Shown here in pieces: positions 15,535-20,000 of a stretch of 20,000 bases of DNA. Source of the DNA: an uncultured virus (IMG/VR IMGVR_UViG_3300038428_000489) (Duplodnaviria > Heunggongvirae > Uroviricota > Caudoviricetes); the IMG/VR virus record IMGVR_UViG_3300038428_000489; one strand, given 5' to 3'. The position numbers and the translations under genes were made by a program. Each line of letters begins with the position of its first letter. Positions within the stretch are counted from its first letter, which is position 1. The notes beneath the pieces were generated by a model that saw nothing but the letters and a program-made list of their open reading frames with translations, had not been told where the DNA came from and ran no database searches.

Positions 15535-17142
15535 TTATGCCACGACAAAAGACCCGGCTTGAATTGTCTTTTCCACCAGAGATGTTGTCTCACGGTTAAA
15601 GCGCTGGACGACACTGGCCGCTATTTGAGCAGCCTCACTTTGAGCCCGAGCCTGCAAATTGGTTAGCAAAGAAGTCAGTTTCTCGGTGAGCAGGGTCCGG
15701 TCATAGTTCTCTAGACCCACTTCATTGTTCACCCTGATGGTTTCCCGGGCCAGAGGCGTCTGAAGTCCATATAGAACTTCTTCTTCATCCAGGGTCAGCT
15801 TTTTCGCAAGGAGTTCCGCCTGGATCTGGTTTCGGTACGCCGCCAGAGTTTCTTCGTTTTGAGTTCGGATCAGCCGGTTCGCTTCCTCCGCTGTGACAAG
15901 ATTTGCGTCAACCAGCTTCTTATTTTCCTCCGCCACCCGCAGCAGGTGATCTACATATTCTTTGACGACTTCCACTTCCAGCCGACCGTATCCCAGGTTC
16001 ACCAGGGCTGTCTGAATAGGCAGGTTAGCGGTCTCCGCCGCCGCCAACTGCAATTCCGCATCGGCCTTCTGGATATAGTAAGGCACCATGGCCAACTTGA
16101 TCGCCACCAGGGCCTGGTCCGCGGTCAAGAGGTTTTGCAGAGCCATAACCTTTGCCTGGTCCGCAGCTACCTCAACCTTCTCGGCGGCGATTTCCGCATC
16201 AATCGCCGGAATCTCCTGCAGCTTCATTTCCGCGGTTTGCAGCCCCGCCGCCACCAGGACGCTTTCGTAAGGCACAGTCGCTTCCTGGTCTGTGACCAAA
16301 ACCCGCTGCGCCGCCAGTTTGGCTTGATCTGCCGCCAGCTTATCGTAATCCGCGGCAATCTCCACCTTCTCAGCGGCGATCTCCTGGTTGATGGGCGGGA
16401 TTTCCTGGAGCCGCATTACCGCGGTGGCCAACTGCGCCAGGAGCAAAGCCTGTTCATAGGGCAAGACGCCTTGCTGCACCGCCACCAGATTGCGCTCCGC
16501 CACCAGCAGGTCTTGCAAAGCCGCCACCTTAGCCTGATCGGCAACCAGCTCTACCTTCTGGGCCGCGATGATCTGCCAGATGGAGGCGATGATCTGCAAC
16601 TTCATCTCGGCGGTCTGAAGCTGGGCCGCCAGCAGGGCCGCCTCATAAGGCAGGTCGTTGGTCTGGGCCTGCACCAACTGCGCTTTGAGGGCGGCGATCT
16701 GGGCCTGTGCTGTGGCCTTGTCCCGGATGATGGCCACCATGCGCAGCTCGGTATCGGAGTCGAGCCGTTTGACATCCGCCTGCCCCTTGCGAAAAGCCGC
16801 CTGTACCTGGGTCTGCTCAATTTCCAGGGCATCGAAAATCTCAACACGATAGAGTTCCATGGCCAGGGTCATTACCCGGACCAGAATCTTTAAGGCAAAA
16901 TCGTACTCGGAGAAGATGATGGCTCGGCGGTCATCGTAAATCTTGCCGTTCACCAGGACCAGTTTATCCTTGGCTTCCTGGCCGGCTTGCAGGATGGCGT
17001 CCAGGTTCTCCCCGGGGGGTTCACAGAAGCCCCTGGCAGCGCCATCGGCCAAGGCCTTGTCCACTGTGACCAGGAGCCGGGCGTTCTCTTGCTCGACACC
17101 CTGGGTCCATTCCGCCGATTCTCGTTCATTGAAGGAGGTCAT
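15535..17142 (-). CDS. Long coiled-coil virion protein A (535 aa) with 3 x 63-aa repeats
   Basis: A/L/Q/E-rich heptads; N-terminal AARGFCEPPG motif; ATGA overlap with the upstream gene. Confidence 0.8.
   Translation of the reverse strand: MTSFNERESAEWTQGVEQENARLLVTVDKALADGAARGFCEPPGENLDAILQAGQEAKDKLVLVNGKIYDDRRAIIFSEYDFALKILVRVMTLAMELYRVEIFDALEIEQTQVQAAFRKGQADVKRLDSDTELRMVAIIRDKATAQAQIAALKAQLVQAQTNDLPYEAALLAAQLQTAEMKLQIIASIWQIIAAQKVELVADQAKVAALQDLLVAERNLVAVQQGVLPYEQALLLAQLATAVMRLQEIPPINQEIAAEKVEIAADYDKLAADQAKLAAQRVLVTDQEATVPYESVLVAAGLQTAEMKLQEIPAIDAEIAAEKVEVAADQAKVMALQNLLTADQALVAIKLAMVPYYIQKADAELQLAAAETANLPIQTALVNLGYGRLEVEVVKEYVDHLLRVAEENKKLVDANLVTAEEANRLIRTQNEETLAAYRNQIQAELLAKKLTLDEEEVLYGLQTPLARETIRVNNEVGLENYDRTLLTEKLTSLLTNLQARAQSEAAQIAASVVQRFNRETTSLVEKTIQAGSFVVA
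16087..16653 (-). repeat. Three tandem 189-bp (63-aa) repeats in protein A
   Basis: Units start at 16653, 16464 and 16275 (partial fourth VPY at 16086): LPYEAALLAAQLQTAEMKLQ / LPYEQALLLAQLATAVMRLQ / VPYESVLVAAGLQTAEMKLQ; each contains IAA(Q/E)KVE. Confidence 0.92.
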
Positions 17143-17888
17143 TTACAAATCCGCCTTAAATATCGGAATTTCGATAACACATCAGCCGGTTTGGGTAAAT
17201 TTTTGCTATAATATTTTAACATTGATAATATTTTTTCCGCACAGACGAGTTCTATCGCAATCCCTTCCGGGCTATCAATCGCTATCGGAGGTGGCTTTAC
17301 TGGAAATCCGTAAATTTTGGCAAGGATGGCGGCAAGAATTGGCGAAACCGTCCCGGTAACCTGGGGAAACCCCTCAAAATCGGCGCTTTCCTGGGCAAGA
17401 GCAGCGGCCATGGTGCCGGACAAATAAGGGAAGGACCAAGGATTTAAAGCACTCTCATATTCCTCGCCGGTCCCGCTAGCATATGTTACGAAGTTATCGA
17501 AGGTGTTGCTGGTTATGGTGTCCGTATAAAGCCCGCAAGCCGTCCCCGATCTGACCCCGGCATCGCTGATGGTGCCGCTTCCGACATAGGCGTTGTTGTA
17601 AAACAGATAATAGGATGTGCCGATGGACCGGACCACGATGGTTGCCCCAGCCGAATAAGTTGCAGCCGCCGTGCCCGGGGCTACCGCATTCACCTGGGCG
17701 ATGGCAGGCAATGTCAAAACTCCACCAGAGACATTCGAGCCGCTCAGGGAGGGCAGAGTGAAAGTGGCCAACAGAGTGCCGGTAGCGTAAGCGCCGGAGT
17801 AAATCTTGAGGGTTCCGCCGCTCAAATCCGTCGCCAGGGTGGTACCCAGCGAGGTCCGTTCAACGGTGTCGAGAATGAATGATGGCAT
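17139..17888 (-). CDS. Hypothetical structural (tail/fibre-associated) protein, possibly chimeric
   Basis: AAGGAG RBS. G/T/S/A-rich beta N-terminus GGTLKIYSG...LLATFTLP...GGVLTL...GTA resembles small phage structural proteins; middle YYLFYNNAYVGS...CGLY...TFDNF resembles the end of a ConA-like sandwich. Confidence 0.7.
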   Translation of the reverse strand: MPSFILDTVERTSLGTTLATDLSGGTLKIYSGAYATGTLLATFTLPSLSGSNVSGGVLTLPAIAQVNAVAPGTAAATYSAGATIVVRSIGTSYYLFYNNAYVGSGTISDAGVRSGTACGLYTDTITSNTFDNFVTYASGTGEEYESALNPWSFPYLSGTMAAALAQESADFEGFPQVTGTVSPILAAILAKIYGFPVKPPPIAIDSPEGIAIELVCAEKILSMLKYYSKNLPKPADVLSKFRYLRRICK

Positions 17889-17911
17889 GGTCGTTCTCCT
17901 TACAGGTTAAA

Positions 17912-20000
17912 TTAATCTGCCTTTGTTTCCTCTGATTTCAGCCACGCTTCAGCCGCCGACAACAACGCGTTCGCTTCCCCTCCCACCCAGGCCCCGGCCA
18001 GAGAGATCAGCGAGGGAGGCGCCGTGGGGCCCGCCCCCGTGATAATGGTTAAAATCACATCATCCGGCGTAGTCGTGAACACAGCCACCGCGGTAGCCAG
18101 GCGGAGCAGGAATCCTATTTCTGCTGAAGAAGTGGTGCTCAGGACCGGGATGTCGGTCACCAGCTTCCGCAGGATTGCAAGCATCACTCCAGGACTCACC
18201 GTCCCCACAGACACAGCCGTCTGTAAAGCTCGCAGAATTTGGAGACCGACGGCAGAGGTCTGGCTCTGCGCGGCGACAGTGGTTATTAGTTTTCGCAGGA
18301 CGGCCAGATTGATGGCCGGAGTCTCGGTCTGGCAATCCACCGTGGAGACAAGCTCCCGGAGAACTGCCAGCATGATATTTGGAGTCGAGGTCGTGACGCC
18401 ACACGCAGTAGCCAGCTTTCGCAATACCGCCAAGTTAATGGCTGAAGTCGAGGACAGCACCGCGACATCCGTAGCCAAGTTGCGGGTAGCCTGAAGATCC
18501 AGGTAAACGGTATCCGAGGTTTCGCTGATGACCGCGGCAATCTCCGCCAGGGCTCTTTGGACGGCCAGGTTAGGGGTGCTCACCGAGGAAACCACCGCGG
18601 GCGATGTCACCAGTTTACGCAGTACCGCCAGCATTACGCTATCAGGCGTGGAAGATTGCACCGCAGGAGAACAAGCCAGTTTCCGCAAAATATTCAGCAA
18701 AGGCGAGCTTGTGGAGGTGGTCACCGCGGGCGATGAAGCCAGTTTGCGGAGGATAGCCAACATAGGGCTGCTCACCGTGCTGACCACTGCAGGGGAGGTA
18801 GCCAGTTTGCGGAGGACCGCCAGCATGGGCGACGAAGTGGTGGAGACCACGGCCGGTGTAGTGTGAAGATTTCGAGTGACAGGTCCATAAGTTTGTCCCC
18901 GAATCAGGTCTATATCACTATCAGAAAGCAGGGCATTGGCCGCTACCCATTCATCCAAAAAACCCACAGTAGTATAATAATTAGAGCCTATATCCCCAAA
19001 ACCTAAATAAAAAATACCCGCTCCTAATGGAACGGACGCTATACTGGTGCTATAATCGCTAACGCTGCCAGTTGCTTTATTAAAAACCCGCACAACAAGC
19101 GTTTGAGCATTCGCATCAATAACAAAAGCCACATGATAAGTGTTAAGCAACGAAAGAATAAAGCCCGTATCATAGTTAGTGCTTCCGCTAATAGAAACTA
19201 TCAAATGCCCATTATTATCCAGATAGGCACCAATCCCATTAGTTAAAGTAGAAACCTTGCCCCATATCCATCGAGGGTGTGATGAATCAGGCGCCCAAGC
19301 GATAGGGATGATCCAGCCGCAAATGGTAATTTCTTTAACCGAATCGGTGCTTTTAAAAGGAAAGTTGGTTGAAAGGTTTGCATCGGTTATTTGGAAATAA
19401 CTTCCAGCGGTAGCCAGATATGCCGCGTCTGCTCCTTCTAAGACGCCAAAAGGATCAGAAACCGGATTGGCAGTTCCAGCCAAACTGAGAGTATTCGCAC
19501 CATTCCCACCAGCGGCGGGGCTGGAATCCGTGGTCAAGGCCCCGGTTTCAAACCGCCATCTCCCCTGAATATTGGCATTGTAAGTAAATACATTGCCGGG
19601 GGACGGGATGCTATATGCTCCTGTATAAGCTCCATTAATAATGGCTCCAACTTCTTCCATAATTAAAAGTCGATTAAATACTACCAGTTCATCAATATCG
19701 CCGTCCCAATAGTTACCATCGTTGTCTGTTCCATAGATACCTGAATTTCCTACCTGCCAATCGGCGGTGCAAACCCCAAGGGCTGAACCTGGCGTAGTAA
19801 TATAATATGAAGTAGCACCTGTTGACGCATTATATAAGTAAAGACGGAATACTTTATTAACTCCATCCAGCATAATGGTAAGATGATACCAGACCCCAGT
19901 TGATATTGTGAGGAGGGGGTTTATTGTTGTAGCAGTACTGCCACCATTTCCCCAGGTTATTAGCAATGCTCCCGAATTAATCTCGACATCAAGGCATTTT
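17912..20000 (-). CDS. Tandem LamG/concanavalin A-like fibre or adhesin with C-terminal repeat stalk, 5'-truncated
   Basis: Frame is open to the window end (KCLDVEINSGALLITWG...). LamG motifs GVWYHLTI...WDGDIDELVVFNRLL, then a second copy GRWRFE...ITICGWI...YHVAFVID...GFLDEWVAANALLS. Confidence 0.88.
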   Translation of the reverse strand, partial: KCLDVEINSGALLITWGNGGSTATTINPLLTISTGVWYHLTIMLDGVNKVFRLYLYNASTGATSYYITTPGSALGVCTADWQVGNSGIYGTDNDGNYWDGDIDELVVFNRLLIMEEVGAIINGAYTGAYSIPSPGNVFTYNANIQGRWRFETGALTTDSSPAAGGNGANTLSLAGTANPVSDPFGVLEGADAAYLATAGSYFQITDANLSTNFPFKSTDSVKEITICGWIIPIAWAPDSSHPRWIWGKVSTLTNGIGAYLDNNGHLIVSISGSTNYDTGFILSLLNTYHVAFVIDANAQTLVVRVFNKATGSVSDYSTSIASVPLGAGIFYLGFGDIGSNYYTTVGFLDEWVAANALLSDSDIDLIRGQTYGPVTRNLHTTPAVVSTTSSPMLAVLRKLATSPAVVSTVSSPMLAILRKLASSPAVTTSTSSPLLNILRKLACSPAVQSSTPDSVMLAVLRKLVTSPAVVSSVSTPNLAVQRALAEIAAVISETSDTVYLDLQATRNLATDVAVLSSTSAINLAVLRKLATACGVTTSTPNIMLAVLRELVSTVDCQTETPAINLAVLRKLITTVAAQSQTSAVGLQILRALQTAVSVGTVSPGVMLAILRKLVTDIPVLSTTSSAEIGFLLRLATAVAVFTTTPDDVILTIITGAGPTAPPSLISLAGAWVGGEANALLSAAEAWLKSEETKAD
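18044..18874 (-). repeat. 13 tandem ~21-aa (63-bp) repeats, consensus RKLATSPAVVSTTSSPMLAVL
   Basis: Eleven units of 21 aa, one of 22 and one of 24 (277 aa = 831 bp, counted by hand). Confidence 0.93.

Larger units (their letters stand above)
1..20000 (-). mobile_element. Tailed phage/prophage late gene region (virion structure, ejection proteins, lysis); podovirus-like layout
   Basis: All credible ORFs are co-oriented and tightly packed, several with 4-nt overlaps (ATGA, GTGA, TTGA). Gene content includes an endolysin, a holin-like gene, a giant polyvalent protein and a LamG fibre, with no housekeeping genes. Boundaries lie outside the window; integrated versus free phage cannot be told. 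Confidence 0.92.

Noticed and set aside
15859..16893. Long plus-strand ORFs (344 aa here; also 12562..13278, 10814..11512, 10366..10947, 1440..2030)
   Set aside because: Antisense shadows of GC-rich minus-strand genes, with no recognisable motifs.
18044..18874. 63-bp periodic repeats as a CRISPR array or DGR template/variable repeat
   Set aside because: Repeats are degenerate at synonymous positions, in frame within a CDS and lack unique spacers. I saw no adenine-specific mismatch pattern and no reverse transcriptase or cas gene in the window.
14534..18874. Common 21/63 periodicity linking the fibre stalk (21 aa) to the coiled-coil repeats (63 aa)
   Set aside because: Stalk repeats are Pro/Ser/Thr-rich and unlikely to be heptad helices, so their rise per repeat would differ; probably numerical coincidence.
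19964..19966. TTG start for the 684-aa ORF
   Set aside because: The frame stays open to the window end and the TTG falls mid-LamG domain, so the gene is 5'-truncated.

Overview
Late (morphogenesis and lysis) region of a tailed phage or prophage, with every real gene on the minus strand and short or overlapping gene junctions. In transcription order (right to left): a 5'-truncated tandem LamG/ConA-like protein with a 13 x ~21-aa repeat stalk; a 249-aa structural-type protein; two acidic coiled-coil proteins (535 and 512 aa) that each carry three 63-aa repeats; a 345-aa protein with a possible C-terminal OB-fold; a 356-aa probable ejection protein; and a 2569-aa polyvalent/internal virion protein (Gly-zipper membrane segment, AT-rich cassettes bounded by direct repeats, ParB-like domain, HExxH metallopeptidase). 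Next come two small beta-rich proteins, an HExxE protein coupled to a PurD-like ATP-grasp ligase with a remodelled active site, a holin-like protein, a TIGR02594-type (CHAP/NlpC-P60-like) endolysin and three small ORFs. No RNA genes, CRISPR arrays, integrase or att sites are visible. All family calls come from motifs recognised by eye; no searches were run and the host cannot be determined.
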